The position numbers and the translations under genes were made by a program. A DNA stretch of 63,293 nt, the filler included, from Octopus bimaculoides (lineage: Eukaryota): the NCBI RefSeq assembly GCF_001194135.2. It is 8 parts of 8 records of this genome, joined end to end, with 100 filler letters (N's around TTAATTAATTAA, not from the genome) between each part and the next. Parts side by side here need not be neighbours in the genome. Positions count along the whole stretch, not along the records: positions 1 to 7,667 come from NC_068991.1; positions 7,768 to 16,086 come from NC_068998.1; 6 more parts are not named here. The stretch is one strand, 5' to 3'. Shown piece after piece: positions 1-12,144 of this stretch; position 1 is the stretch's first letter, and every line of letters begins with the position of its first letter. The notes beneath the pieces were generated by a model that saw only the letters and a program-made list of their open reading frames with translations, was not told the origin of the DNA and did no database searches.

Positions 1-259
1 TATATATATATATATATATATGCATACTTACATATACTTATATATGTATATATGTATATATGTAAGTATGTATTTCTGAATGCATATATACATGCATGCA
101 TGCATGCACGTAGGTATGTACAGGAAATATTAGCAGTTTAGAATTTTCAGATTAGTCTTTTAGAAAAAAAAAAGCATAAAGCCTTAAAATGTCGCTGATG
201 TACTCACATATTTAACAAGCAACCTCACACGACAGATAAAATATCGCTGTTGTACTCAC

Positions 260-271
260 ATTTTAAACAAT
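260..271 (-). CDS. Candidate 12-nt microexon of an unidentified minus-strand gene
   Basis: Minus strand reads ttttacttttttgtccttcgtttgtgtcaTGCctTGCctttcctgtag|ATTGTTTAAAAT|gtgagtac: long pyrimidine tract, TAG acceptor, GTGAGT donor, length divisible by 3. Open in phase 1 (xCLK) and phase 2 (LFK); stop in phase 0. No expression evidence. Confidence 0.4.
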
Positions 272-573
272 CTACAGGAAAGGCAAGGCATGACACAAAC
301 GAAGGACAAAAAAGTAAAATGTTTTCATCGATTTTATTCTGGGAATTTTTTCCAGGAATTTAAGTAGCCCAAGTCACAGAGAACATACAACTAAAAGCAG
401 AAAAGACGTCTGCTTTTTTAGAATTTAGAAATATCTCTCGTTCTGTGATGATAGCACACTGACAACTCATCAAAGAAACTAGACACTCTCATTCATGTAT
501 TATGCCAAAATGTCATTCGTTATACTTCCTATCCTCTTTCTCTTCCAGTTTTTTTTTTCTTCTCATTCTCAGA

Positions 574-606
<33 letters not shown>

Positions 607-607
607 A

Positions 608-656
<49 letters not shown>

Positions 657-1530
657 GCTATCTGTGTGTATCTAGCCAGCTACGTAGCTAACTATCCACC
701 TATCTAACTATCTATTTATTTGTTTATCTGCTTCCATGTATATCTTTCTATCTATCTAATACATACATGTATGTATATACATGTATGTATATATATATGT
801 ATGTATGTATATATATATATATATATATATATNNNNNNNNNNNNNNNNNNNNNNNNNNNNNNNNNNNNNNNNNNNNNNNNNNNNNNNNNNNNNNNNNNNN
901 NNNNNNNNNNNNNNNNNNNNNNNNNNNNNNNNNNNNNNNNNNNNNNNNNNNNNNNNNNNNNNNNNNNNNNNNNNNNNNNNNNNNNNNNNNNNNNNNNNNN
1001 NNNNNNNNNNNNNNNNNNNNNNNNNNNNNNNNNNNNNNNNNNNNNNNNNNNNNNNNNNNNNNNNNNNNNNNNNNNNNNNNNNNNNNNNNNNNNNNNNNNN
1101 NNNNNNNNNNNNNNNNNNNNNNNNNNNNNNNNNNNNNNNNNNNNNNNNNNNNNNNNNNNNNNNNNNNNNNNNNNNNNNNNNNNNNNNNNNNNNNNNNNNN
1201 NNNNNNNNNNNNNNNNNNNNNNNNNNNNNNNNNNNNNNNNNNNNNNNNNNNNNNNNNNNNNNNNNNNNNNNNNNNNNNNNNNNNNNNNNNNNNNNNNNNN
1301 NNNNNNNNNNNNNNNNNNNNNNNNNNNNNNNNNNNNNNNNNNNNNNNNNNNNNNNNNNNNNNNNNNNNNNNNNNNNNNNNNNNNNNNNNNNNNNNNNNNN
1401 NNNGTGTGTGTGAATAATATTTTCAATGTAGGGATGTATGTATAACTATGGAAAATACATGTGTGAGTATATGTACGTGTTTATATATATATGTGTGTAT
1501 ATATATATATTAATTGCTTTTTATCTTCTA

Positions 1531-1570
1531 TGCGTTTCGGCCCAAAGGCTGTAGCCAGGCTGGGGCACCA
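1531..1570 (-). mobile_element. Isolated SINE/LINE 3' tail fragment (stem-loop plus GAAAC)
   Basis: Minus strand ggtgccccagcctggctacagcctttgggccgaaac resembles the tail ggtgctccagcatggccgcagtcaaatgactgaaac of the SINEs at 28600, 45478 and 51620. Confidence 0.5.
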
Positions 1571-1589
1571 CCAGCATCATCATTTTTTC

Positions 1590-2150
1590 AATGGACATTC
1601 TTATGTCGTTGGATTTTGGTGAATGAGGAAGTTTGATATTGCTAACCCCGTTTCAGTTTCTTGCCCTGGTGTCGGTTCACCTGGGATCATGAAAAGCAGA
1701 AGATCAACATCTTTGCCCACTATGTGTAGTAGACCTCTCTTTTTAGGTAATATATTGAATAGCTGTGGACCGTTAAATCCCAAGCTATTGCAGTACTTGG
1801 TCCTTACTCTCTACGAATTGGGTGGGACTTTTAAAACAATGCGGTGTGGCCCTGTTTGGAGGCTGGTATAACTCTCGATGACAAATTTCGGTGCCAGCCG
1901 CTCTTGGATTTCTTCATATGTAAATCCTTGCATGTCTTTACCATTTTCGTTACAGGGAGTAGAGTCCCAATTCTTTCAGCCTCTCGCAGTAGATCAAGGA
2001 TTTCACTGATGCAATCCTCTTTGTGTAGCAGCACTAAACTGTCAAATTGACGCTGTGGGGTGACCAGAGTTGAGTGCAGTAATATATACGGCTGAATGGA
2101 GACAAATGTCCTCAATAGGACCAGCATAATTTTCTGGTCCCTTCTTCGGA
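1590..2150 (-). mobile_element. CR1/L2-group LINE, degenerate ORF2 C-terminal fragment
   Basis: Frameshifted minus-strand translation gives MLVLLRTFV...[11 protein letters not shown] (cf. CR1 HLEYCVQFWSP) ... RVRTKYCNSLGFNGPQLFNILPK...DLLLFMIPGEPT...ISNFLIHQ, with several stops. Confidence 0.8.
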
Positions 2151-2186
2151 AACATAATACGCGCATACGCACGCACACACACGCAC

Positions 2187-2291
<105 letters not shown>

Positions 2292-2944
2292 TATATATAT
2301 ATGTATATACACACATTATATATATATACACACATATATGTATATATATATGCACGCGCGCACCTACTATACACACACGTGTGTAAGCACTCACACACAA
2401 ATATACATACATATACACACACATTATATAGATTTTTTTTTGCATTCTCCTTCCATATTTCATTATAAAACTTTACTTATGAATCATTCACTACTTCTTC
2501 TTCTTCTACACCTTTCATCCTTTTTCTTCTTTTTCTTTTCTTTATCTTCTTTTTCTTCGCCTTTCATCCTTTCATTGTCAATGAAATAAAGTACCAGACA
2601 AGTACCGGGGTAGATGTTACCGAGCACCCGTTCTCCTGAGAATTGCTAGCCTGGTGCCAAAATTTAAAATAAATATTATCGAGCGCGGTTGAAACGATTG
2701 CGGAAAGACACGTTCCTATGCTATTAAGGCCTCATCGACTTTATTAAAGTTCCGTCATGCACTTGGGAAGGAAAATTAGAGTGAAGAAGGAAGTACTCTC
2801 TCCCAGTAAATTTTTCAAATGGTTGATGACTGTAGATAAAATGGTTAAGGTGAAGGGACCCACCCTAAGCATCCGCCTGTAGACTGCAGAATCACGTCTG
2901 GACGAGGGCGCGCTCCTTTGACGTTCTGAGTGATCTTGGATCTG

Positions 2945-3010
2945 TGAGGTTCATACATATACAGACGACGGACTTTCACACACTTTCCGTCTCCCAAATT
3001 CTCTTCCTCA
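2945..3010 (-). mobile_element. Highly diverged SINE fragment of the 12966-type family
   Basis: Minus strand gaatttgggagacggaaagtgtgtgaaagtccgtcgtctgtatatg matches gatttggtagacggaaactgaaagaagcccgtcgtatatatg. Confidence 0.45.
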
Positions 3011-3690
3011 CGACTTAAAGAAGCGGAAGAAATAACGCATGGCATTTTGTCTAACACTCAAACCATCTCAAGAAGGTATTCATTTGTTAACAGGAATCGC
3101 TACCGTTCCACGTAATCTTGCTAGAATTGGTGTTTTTGAAAATATTCAATCAAATATGAAGCAAGACCAGCATAATAACAGGTTTGAAATACGCTTTTGT
3201 GTAAATCCCGACGTACGTATCCGAAAATGGTTACTGTTGTTATTCTGTAACTAATGCTGTCGTCTGCATGCTGTGTTTCGTTGCTAATAGTCCCCAAAGA
3301 ATAATTACTTTTTCCGTAAGTATAGTCTTTACTGAATTGCTTTTTTTTTTGTTGATGTTTGTTTCGTATTTTTTTTTTTCATTATTAGTTTTCTGTTAAT
3401 TGTTGTTGTAGACGCCATTTTACTACATGTATGTCAACAAGCTACGGGAAATAAATATTTATATTTAAAAAATAAAAACCTTCTCGTTTTCCCCGGGGGC
3501 AATGAGGCAACCGTCCAAATAGTCCTGAACTCCTTATTTGTAAACACTCCAAAAACGAAACTGCCCTATAAAATTAAACGCAGTAAATCCCAAAAAACTG
3601 CCTACAGCGGTCGGAACACGTCCGCTGCATGCAAAAGCAAATAATACTGATAATGGTAATAATAGCAATAATAATAATAATAATAATAGC

Positions 3691-3734
<44 letters not shown>

Positions 3735-3744
3735 TAATAATAAT

Positions 3745-3973
3745 AGGTATAATAAAAAAATATTCAGACAGATACATAACAAAAATACCAGGGCTTACAA
3801 ATATATATAACATACAGAAAATTGCACTACTGGGTACTGCACACATTCTACGCAAAACACTTTCAATACAGTAAACATAAGAGCACCACAGCAAACCACA
3901 GCACATACCCAAGGCGCACAGAGCTGCGCTCGGTAGTGAAGTGAAAGCACGTTATAAAAATAAAACTACTGAA
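3745..3973 (+). mobile_element. R4/Dong-like RLE non-LTR retrotransposon, 5'-truncated 3' end (family A) embedded in (AAT)n
   Basis: Encodes GIIKKYSDRYITKIPGLTNIYNIQKIALLGTAHILRKTLSIQ* plus about 100 nt of 3'UTR. Near-identical to 34081-34310. Flanked by AAT repeats on both sides. Confidence 0.85.
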
Positions 3974-4000
3974 CAATAATAATAATAATAATAATAATAA

Positions 4001-4690
4001 ACGCAAACAACTTGAGAAAAAATATATATGGAGAGAATGTGTCAGAGAAATGTAGAGCCTTTGGAACTTGGAACGAGACAGTGGCACACATTGTGGCAGA
4101 ATGACCCAAGTTAGCACAGGAAGAATATAAGAAATGGAAGCATGACCAGGTTGTAAAAGTTTTACAATGGAAACTGTGCTAGAAATAGGGATTTGAAGCT
4201 GGAAAGACATGGGACAATCAGCGAGTCGAAAGAGTACTGGAGTTGGAGGAATGTAAGATGTGCGACTTTCCTGACCGGACATTACAATTATAGATATGGA
4301 AAAACGAAGTTGCTTACTGATCGATCCATCATGCCCGTTTGATTCCAGGATCGAAAAGAAAGAGGAAGAAAAGCAAACAAAAAATGCAATCCCTTAAAAT
4401 TTGAAATCGGAAGAATTTGGAGCATTGCGAACTGTAAAGACCGTGCCTGTAATAATTGGTGCGTTGGGAACAGTAAGCAAAGATATAGACAAATGGCTGA
4501 AGGAGATTGAAATAGATTGCCCGGTAGAGTTCCTACGGAAAGTTTGTCTCTTAGAAACAGCCAGGATTATCAGGAGGGTTCTAAGCATTTGAAAGACTGC
4601 TGGAAACTTGTGGATACCTAAGGTTACAAGTAGTAACCCGCTACCCACATAAATCATACCAGAAATAAGACCGAACCTGAGCCAAACCAA

Positions 4691-4692
<2 letters not shown>
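4001..4692 (+). mobile_element. R4/Dong-like RLE non-LTR retrotransposon 3' fragment (family B): CCHC knuckle plus restriction-like endonuclease
   Basis: Frameshifted translation CRAFGTWNETVAHIVAE*PKLAQEEYKKWKHDQVVKVLQWKLC ... LLIDPSCPFDSRIEKKEEEK ... VPVIIGALGTVSKDIDKWLKEIEIDCPVEFLRKVCLLETARIIRRVLSI*. Ends in (AAT)n at 4693. Confidence 0.85.
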
Positions 4693-4750
<58 letters not shown>

Positions 4751-5725
4751 AGCAACAACAACGATGATGATGATGATGATGATGAGGNNNNNNNNNNNNN
4801 NNNNNNNNNNNNNNNNNNNNNNNNNNNNNNNNNNNNNNNNNNNNNNNNNNNNNNNNNNNNNNNNNNNNNNNNNNNNNNNNNNNNNNNNNNNNNNNNNNNN
4901 NNNNNNNNNNNNNNNNNNNNNNNNNNNNNNNNNNNNNNNNNNNNNNNNNNNNNNNNNNNNNNNNNNNNNNNNNNNNNNNNNNNNNNNNNNNNNNNNNNNN
5001 NNNNNNNNNNNNNNNNNNNNNNNNNNNNNNNNNNNNNNNNNNNNNNNNNNNNNNNNNNNNNNNNNNNNNNNNNNNNNNNNNNNNNNNNNNNNNNNNNNNN
5101 NNNNNNNNNNNNNNNNNNNNNNNNNNNNNNNNNNNNNNNNNNNNNNNNNNNNNNNNNNNNNNNNNNNNNNNNNNNNNNNNNNNNNNNNNNNNNNNNNNNN
5201 NNNNNNNNNNNNNNNNNNNNNNNNNNNNNNNNNNNNNNNNNNNNNNNNNNNNNNNNNNNNNNNNNNNNNNNNNNNNNNNNNNNNNNNNNNNNNNNNNNNN
5301 NNNNNNNNNNNNNNNNNNNNNNNNNNNNNNNNNNNNNNNNNNNNNNNNNNNNNNNNNNNNNNNNNNNNNNNNNNNNNNNNNNNNNNNNNNNNNNNNNNNN
5401 NNNNNNNNNNNNNNNNNNNNNNNNNNNNNNNNNNNNNNNNNNNNNNNNNNNNNNNNNNNNNNNNNNNNNNNNNNNNNNNNNNNNNNNNNNNNNNNNNNNN
5501 NNNNNNNNNNNNNNNNNNNNNNNNNNNNNNNNNNNNNNNNNNNNNNNNNNNNNNNNNNNNNNNNNNNNNNNNNNNNNNNNNNNNNNNNNNNNNNNNNNNN
5601 NNNNNNNNNNNNNNNNNAATTTTAATATCAAAGATCCCTATGGATCACACAGGTTGTAATCCTTTGAAACATATGTAGGAATAAAGTATGCAATTATAAC
5701 ATGCGTTTTCTCCAATCCTTAAATT

Positions 5726-5817
<92 letters not shown>

Positions 5818-6150
5818 GACAGAGACAGAGACAGAGAAAGGAAGCAGTCAGAATTTAGGATGCTCCATTATTAGCGTTTTCGTTCCTTTACGAACTCGTC
5901 AAGACAAAAATCAAAATCAAAATGGTAAAAACAGAACATTTCGTTGTTCGTTTATATGAATCGGATGCTTTTTGTTGTTGTTTAGAAGGGGCGAATATTG
6001 CTTTTGTTTTTGTTTGGGGGGAGGAGAGATAGAGAGAGAGAAAGAAAAATAAAGCGGTGGGGGAACAGATAGAGAGAGGTTTGAAGACAATCAAGAAAGA
6101 GGAGAAAAAATAATTATAAAGGCTGGGGAAAAGATAGATAGATAGATAGT

Positions 6151-6202
<52 letters not shown>

Positions 6203-6207
6203 CAGAC

Positions 6208-6268
<61 letters not shown>

Positions 6269-6270
<2 letters not shown>

Positions 6271-7667
6271 GAGGTCTCTTTTCAATTTGGTATGGTCAAT
6301 TCATTGAAATTTCATTTCAAAGTATTTTTTCTTCGTTTTTTCTCCTTTCTTTCTTTTTTCTTTTTCCATTGTATACCTGTCAAACACATTTTCTTACAAG
6401 GGCTGGTGACCTTTCAAAGGTATCAATTTTAGAAAGAAGGATGGAAGAAATAAGAAAAGTCCTATGAAAATGTATATTCTTTTGCACTGTATAGCCAAGA
6501 CCCATATTCTCTGTAATTCTATGTTTTGCATAAACAAACATTAAATATTAGTACAATATTCATAAATAGGGAAAATAAAGTCAGAATCACGAATTACTTT
6601 GCCAAGATATCATTTGCTACATTAGATATCTTTCCTAAGAAATGGTTCAAGTACTCTTTCTCAGGTATTGTAAGTTCTATAAGAACACCAGTTGTCAAAA
6701 TCCCAACAGGATGTTGTTTCTGAATGTGGCTCCAATGTTAATAACGTGATATTCATCTCTATAAATACTGGATACTGAATGGTTTCCGTGTTGAAGCTCC
6801 TAGGAGCTTGTTCACAGGTCCTTTTCCACTTGTACAATTAATTTGCCGTGTGTGGTACAACACTTCGACAATTGTAGCTAATAGTAACAGACAGGGTCAA
6901 ATTTTGCAGAAAGCTCCCTCCAGTGTGCGTCAAGCCTGTTCTTGAAGGCATTGACTCATGGAGCTGCAACCACATTGTTTGGCAGACTGTTCCAGGTGGC
7001 GGTCACACGCTGTACGAAAAAGCAGCTTCTAATGTTGAGCCTACAGTGTGATCTTTCCAATTTCAAGCTGTATCCACTTGTATTTCTGCCTTGGAAGTAG
7101 TTGAATTGGGGGCGGTTGGTCAGGTACAGGCTGTGCGTATTGGATTTTTACAACTGGGACTTTGACAACTGGGATTTTGACAACTTGGGATTTTGACAAC
7201 TGGTGTTCTTATAGAACTTACAGTACCTGAGAAAGAGTACTTGAACCATTTTTTAGGAAATATATCTAATGTAGCTGCTTGGCAAAGTAATTTGTGAGTC
7301 TGACTTTATTTTTCTAATTTATGAATATTGTACTAATATTTAATGTTTGTTCATGCAAAACATAGAATTACACATAGAATGTGGGACTTGGCTATACAGT
7401 GTAAAGGAATATATATTTTCATAGGACTTTGAACTTTGAACTCTTTCTTATTTTTCGGTAATGACCGCACCCTCCCCTTTTTCTTATTTCTTCCGTTCTA
7501 TTTCCTAAAATTGACACCTTTGAGAAAATGTGTTTATTTACAAATATGTTGATAGGTATAGAATGGGAAAAGAAAAAAGAAAGAAAGGAGAAAAAAAGGA
7601 AAAAAGAAAAATACTTTGAAATGAAATTTCAATGAATTGACAACACCAAACTGAAAAGAGACCTCTC
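6269..7667. repeat. Long inverted repeat / foldback element with arms 6269-6704 and 7188-7667
   Basis: Left arm starts gagaggtctcttttcaatttgg; right arm ends ccaaactgaaaagagacctctc. The arms align as reverse complements over about 440 bp with scattered substitutions and indels. Confidence 0.9.
6720..7135 (-). mobile_element. CR1 LINE 3' end (ORF2 C-terminus plus 3'UTR) forming the spacer of the inverted repeat
   Basis: Minus strand RNTSGYSLKLERSHCRLNIRSCFFVQRVTATWNSLPNNVVAAP*VNAFKNRLDAHWRE matches the canonical CR1 ORF2 C-terminal pattern TRGH.LKL...R.FF..RV...WN.LP..VV.A.SVN.FK.RLD. Confidence 0.85.
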
Positions 7668-7711
7668 NNNNNNNNNNNNNNNNNNNNNNNNNNNNNNNNN
7701 NNNNNNNNNNN

Positions 7712-7723
7712 TTAATTAATTAA
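7712..7723. other. Scaffolding spacer TTAATTAATTAA inside a 100-bp gap (44 N + 12 + 44 N); also at 16131, 26461, 38158, 56493, 59201 and 61257
   Basis: The identical 12-mer is centred in fixed-size N blocks seven times; this is an assembly artefact marking contig joins of unknown size. Confidence 0.95.
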
Positions 7724-7793
7724 NNNNNNNNNNNNNNNNNNNNNNNNNNNNNNNNNNNNNNNNNNNNTATATATATATATATATGTATGTATG

Positions 7794-7846
<53 letters not shown>

Positions 7847-8550
7847 GTATGTATATATGTATATACGCAACATACTCACATAAACACGAACACGAACAAT
7901 GACATACCCACAAACGAAAGCCTACAGACTCTCTTCCCCCCTTCACACACACACACACACACATACACACACTTATGCATACACTCATATTCATAAAAGC
8001 TGACATATTCTCTTACACGAAAACTCACAAACTATCTCTCTCACAATTACCGACATCCATACACTGATGCGCTTTCTCTCATTCTTTCTCTCTCTCTTTC
8101 TCGTACACACAAACACACACATATAAACGCTGACATATATAGACACCCAATCAACAACTTATGGAAGCACCATTTTTTTTTTCTCTATTTATGAAAGAAA
8201 CCTCAGCTCATTGTTCGACGCACTCAAAAAAAAATGTCATTTGTAAGACGTCGTTTGTATTATGGCCGTCATTTTTTGCTTTATTTATTTATCTATTTAT
8301 TTATTTATTTATTTATCATTTATTACTCTTTCTTTTCTCATTTTATTGTTTTTTTTTGTTTTTTTTTTGTTTTTCGTCTTGTCCTGGAAATAAAAGACAA
8401 TGTCTACAGTTTTGGTGGTGGAGAAAGGGGTGGATGGAAAAAAGGGTGGAAGGGTGGCCCTGTCTGGTCACTGAGCGAAAGAATGGAGAATATTGGCTTG
8501 TTGAGGGCCGTTAAAATAGAACTTGGCTAATTGAAAAAAGAACATACCGA

Positions 8551-8720
8551 AAGGCGCAGGCGTAGCCGTGTGGTTAAAACGTTCGCTCCGCAACCACGTC
8601 ATGCTGCGTTCGAATCCCAACTGCGCAGCAACTTCAACCAGGGCCTTCTACTGTAACCTCAGATTTACAATACTGTGGGTGGAATTTAGCAGAGAAAACA
8701 GTACAGGAGCCAGTCGGATC
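8551..8720 (+). mobile_element. Diverged tRNA-derived SINE, 5' half (12966-type relative)
   Basis: aaggcgcaggcgtagccgtgtggttaa...gttcgaatccc: A- and B-box-like motifs, colinear with 12966-13132. Confidence 0.6.
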
Positions 8721-9173
8721 TGCATATGCACATACAGATATATATCTGTATATCTAATCTAACATATAAAACAGAGATGTCTGTGTATTCGCTTTTCACG
8801 TGAAATCGACTTCACCAAATGCTTCCATACTTCTGATGCATGAATAATTTGACTTCGGATAAATGTTAGGCTCTTCATTTGATTTTTTTTTTTTTTTTAA
8901 TAAATAATATTGCTTTATATTTATGATTCACTTCTTGAAAAAGGTTCCTCAATATCAACTTCCGGTATTGACGTAGCAACGGCTGAAAGCTTCACTCTCT
9001 ATTTTGACGTTTTCATTTCAAGTTTTAATTCAAAGNNNNNNNNNNCGTACAAGAGCTTCTATTTATACGACTTTTTCATTTCATGTTTATTTCATTTATT
9101 GTTCGCAATATTCTCTCTCACCCCTCTCTCCCTCTGTGTGTCTCTCTCTCTCTATCTCTCTCTCTCTCCCTCC

Positions 9174-9220
<47 letters not shown>

Positions 9221-9244
9221 GTCCATTTCATCTGATGTGTGATA

Positions 9245-9298
<54 letters not shown>

Positions 9299-9580
9299 GT
9301 GCGTGCGTGCGTGCGTGGGCCGTTCCACAATCGCCATTTACTTCAATTACTCTTGTGAGGATATTCACGTAACTCATTTTTTTCATTTAATCCCCATTTT
9401 AATTTTCGTAAAAGTTTCCAAGTACAATGTTCTCACTCTACAAGAGGAGTCAGAGTAGACGTAGATGACCAGTATCGTACAGTGAAGCAAAGATGAGTAC
9501 AGGTAGCCAGTGTCAATGTTGAATTCTGCAACACTGTTAACTCTATCAAGTTTGTTTGAAAATATATAAACAAAGGTTTA

Positions 9581-9645
9581 GATACTGGCGTCCCGTCCAG
9601 CTAGGGGAGTACACATACGCCATGGAAACTGGGGCTAAGAGGATT
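9581..9645 (+). mobile_element. Possible ancient SINE internal fragment
   Basis: gatactggcgtcccgtccagctaggggagta...catacgccatggaaactgg resembles the gactggcgtcccgtccagggg motif recalled from aquatic-animal SINEs. It is followed by a 16-bp direct repeat, ggggctaagaggattt. Confidence 0.3.
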
Positions 9646-10094
9646 TCCCACAAGGGGCTAAGAGGATTTCCAAATATGAAATTATTCGCTTGGCAGCCAT
9701 CTTTAATGAGGAGGCCATTTAAGGCAGATATTCCAATTCCAGCCAAATTGCTACGCAGATAGCAAAGTTGTGCAAATAATCTTACAGTATATAGTATTAA
9801 CGACAAATAAGAGACCCCATATACGAATTAGTTACTCTCAAATGTATAACAAAGAATGTAGTATGCAAAAATGTCTTCCTTTCAGATTGGAAGTTCAGTA
9901 CGAAACATTGGGACATTTCACCGTCTCGAGAATCGTAAAAAAAATGCAACTTCAAAATAAATCAGTTCAATGGAATCTTGTAAGCTTTGCCAAACTTATA
10001 GTTTTCAAAATAACGGTGAAGTTTTCGAGGATACTACTTGAAGCAAGTGTGTGCGTGTATACATATGTGCCTGTGTGAGTGTGCGTATGTTTAC

Positions 10095-10139
<45 letters not shown>

Positions 10140-10948
10140 NNNNNNNNNNNNNNNNNNNNNNNNNNNNNNNNNNNNNNNNNNNNNNNNNNNNNNNNNNNNN
10201 NNNNNNNNNNNNNNNNNNNNNNNNNNNNNNNNNNNNNNNNNNNNNNNNNNNNNNNNNNNNNNNNNNNNNNNNNNNNNNNNNNNNNNNNNNNNNNNNNNNN
10301 NNNNNNNNNNNNNNNNNNNNNNNNNNNNNNNNNNNNNNNNNNNNNNNNNNNNNNNNNNNNNNNNNNNNNNNNNNNNNNNNNNNNNNNNNNNNNNNNNNNN
10401 NNNNNNNNNNNNNNNNNNNNNNNNNNNNNNNNNNNNNNNNNNNNNNNNNNNNNNNNNNNNNNNNNNNNNNNNNNNNNNNNNNNNNNNNNNNNNNNNNNNN
10501 NNNNNNNNNNNNNNNNNNNNNNNNNNNNNNNNNNNNNNNNNNNNNNNNNNNNNNNNNNNNNNNNNNNNNNNNNNNNNNNNNNNNNNNNNNNNNNNNNNNN
10601 NNNNNNNNNNNNNNNNNNNNNNNNNNNNNNNNNNNNNNNNNNNNNNNNNNNNNNNNNNNNNNNNNNNNNNNNNNNNNNNNNNNNNNNNNNNNNNNNNNNN
10701 NNNNNNNNNNNNNNNNNNNNNNNNNNNNNNNNNNNNNNNNNNNNNNNNNNNNNNNNNNNNNNNNNNNNNNNNNNNNNNNNNNNNNNNNNNNNNNNNNNNN
10801 NNNNNNNNNNNNNNNNNNNNNNNNNNNNNNNNNNNNNNNNNNNNNNNNNNNNNNNNNNNNNNNNNNNNNNNNNNNNNNNNNNNNNNNNNNNNNNNNNNNN
10901 NNNNNNNNNNNNNNNNNNNNNNNNNNNNNNNNNNNNNNNNNNNNNNNN

Positions 10949-10985
<37 letters not shown>

Positions 10986-11654
10986 TACATACAAACGTAT
11001 TGTATTCTTACTTACGCAGATACATATACATACATATATGCATATACATACATACATACATATAAACATACATACATACATACATACATATAAACATACA
11101 TACATACATATATACACACACTTACATACATACACACACTTACATACATTCATACATACATACATACATAATTCTTCATAACAACACGAAAACATTATTG
11201 TTCTTTCCTATATATTTATAGCAAAACCTCAACTTATAATAATAATTAAAAAAAACCCACTTAGCTACTTTGTTTATACTTCTTCCAACAATTCATAGTG
11301 TTATTTCCAAATTTAACATATTTAATTATCAAAAAAATTTCTTTCTGTTTGCATACTTTTTAATTTATTTTTCTTTATTAATTACAAACATTCGTCTTCG
11401 CTTTCTACCTTTCCATCTCTCTCATCTTTCTCCATCCTTCTCTTTTTCTCTCTCTCTTTCTTTCTCCCTTTCTTTCTCTCCAAGACAGCAACACCCCCGC
11501 CAACCATACTCTCCGTGTTTCTTTTGTTTCAAATTTACCCCCCCCCCTCAAAAAAAAACAGTAAAGTAGCATTACGATGTATTTCTGTATTTTTCTTTCG
11601 TTTCCATTCTTGTTTTTGCATGTTTGAGAAATGTTTTTTCCTTATACATATAAA

Positions 11655-11715
<61 letters not shown>

Positions 11716-12070
11716 ATATATNNNNNNNNNNNNNNNNNNNNNNNNNNNNNNNNNNNNNNNNNNNNNNNNNNNNNNNNNNNNNNNNNNNNNNNNNNNNNNN
11801 NNNNNNNNNNNNNNNNNNNNNNNNNNNNNNNNNNNNNNNNNNNNNNNNNNNNNNNNNNNNNNNNNNNNNNNNNNNNNNNNNNNNNNNNNNNNNNNNNNNN
11901 NNNNNNNNNNNNNNNNNNNNNNNNNNNNNNNNNNNNNNNNNNNNNNNNNNNNNNNNNNNNNNNNNNNNNNNNNNNNNNNNNNNNNNNNNNNNNNNNNNNN
12001 NNNNNNNNNNNNNNNNNNNNNNNNNNNNNNNNNNNNNNNNNNNNNNNNNNNNNNNNNNNNNNNNNNNNNN

Positions 12071-12144
<74 letters not shown>

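Noticed and set aside
2845-3057. 70-aa minus-strand ORF
   Set aside because: It overlaps a degenerate SINE and has no recognisable domain.
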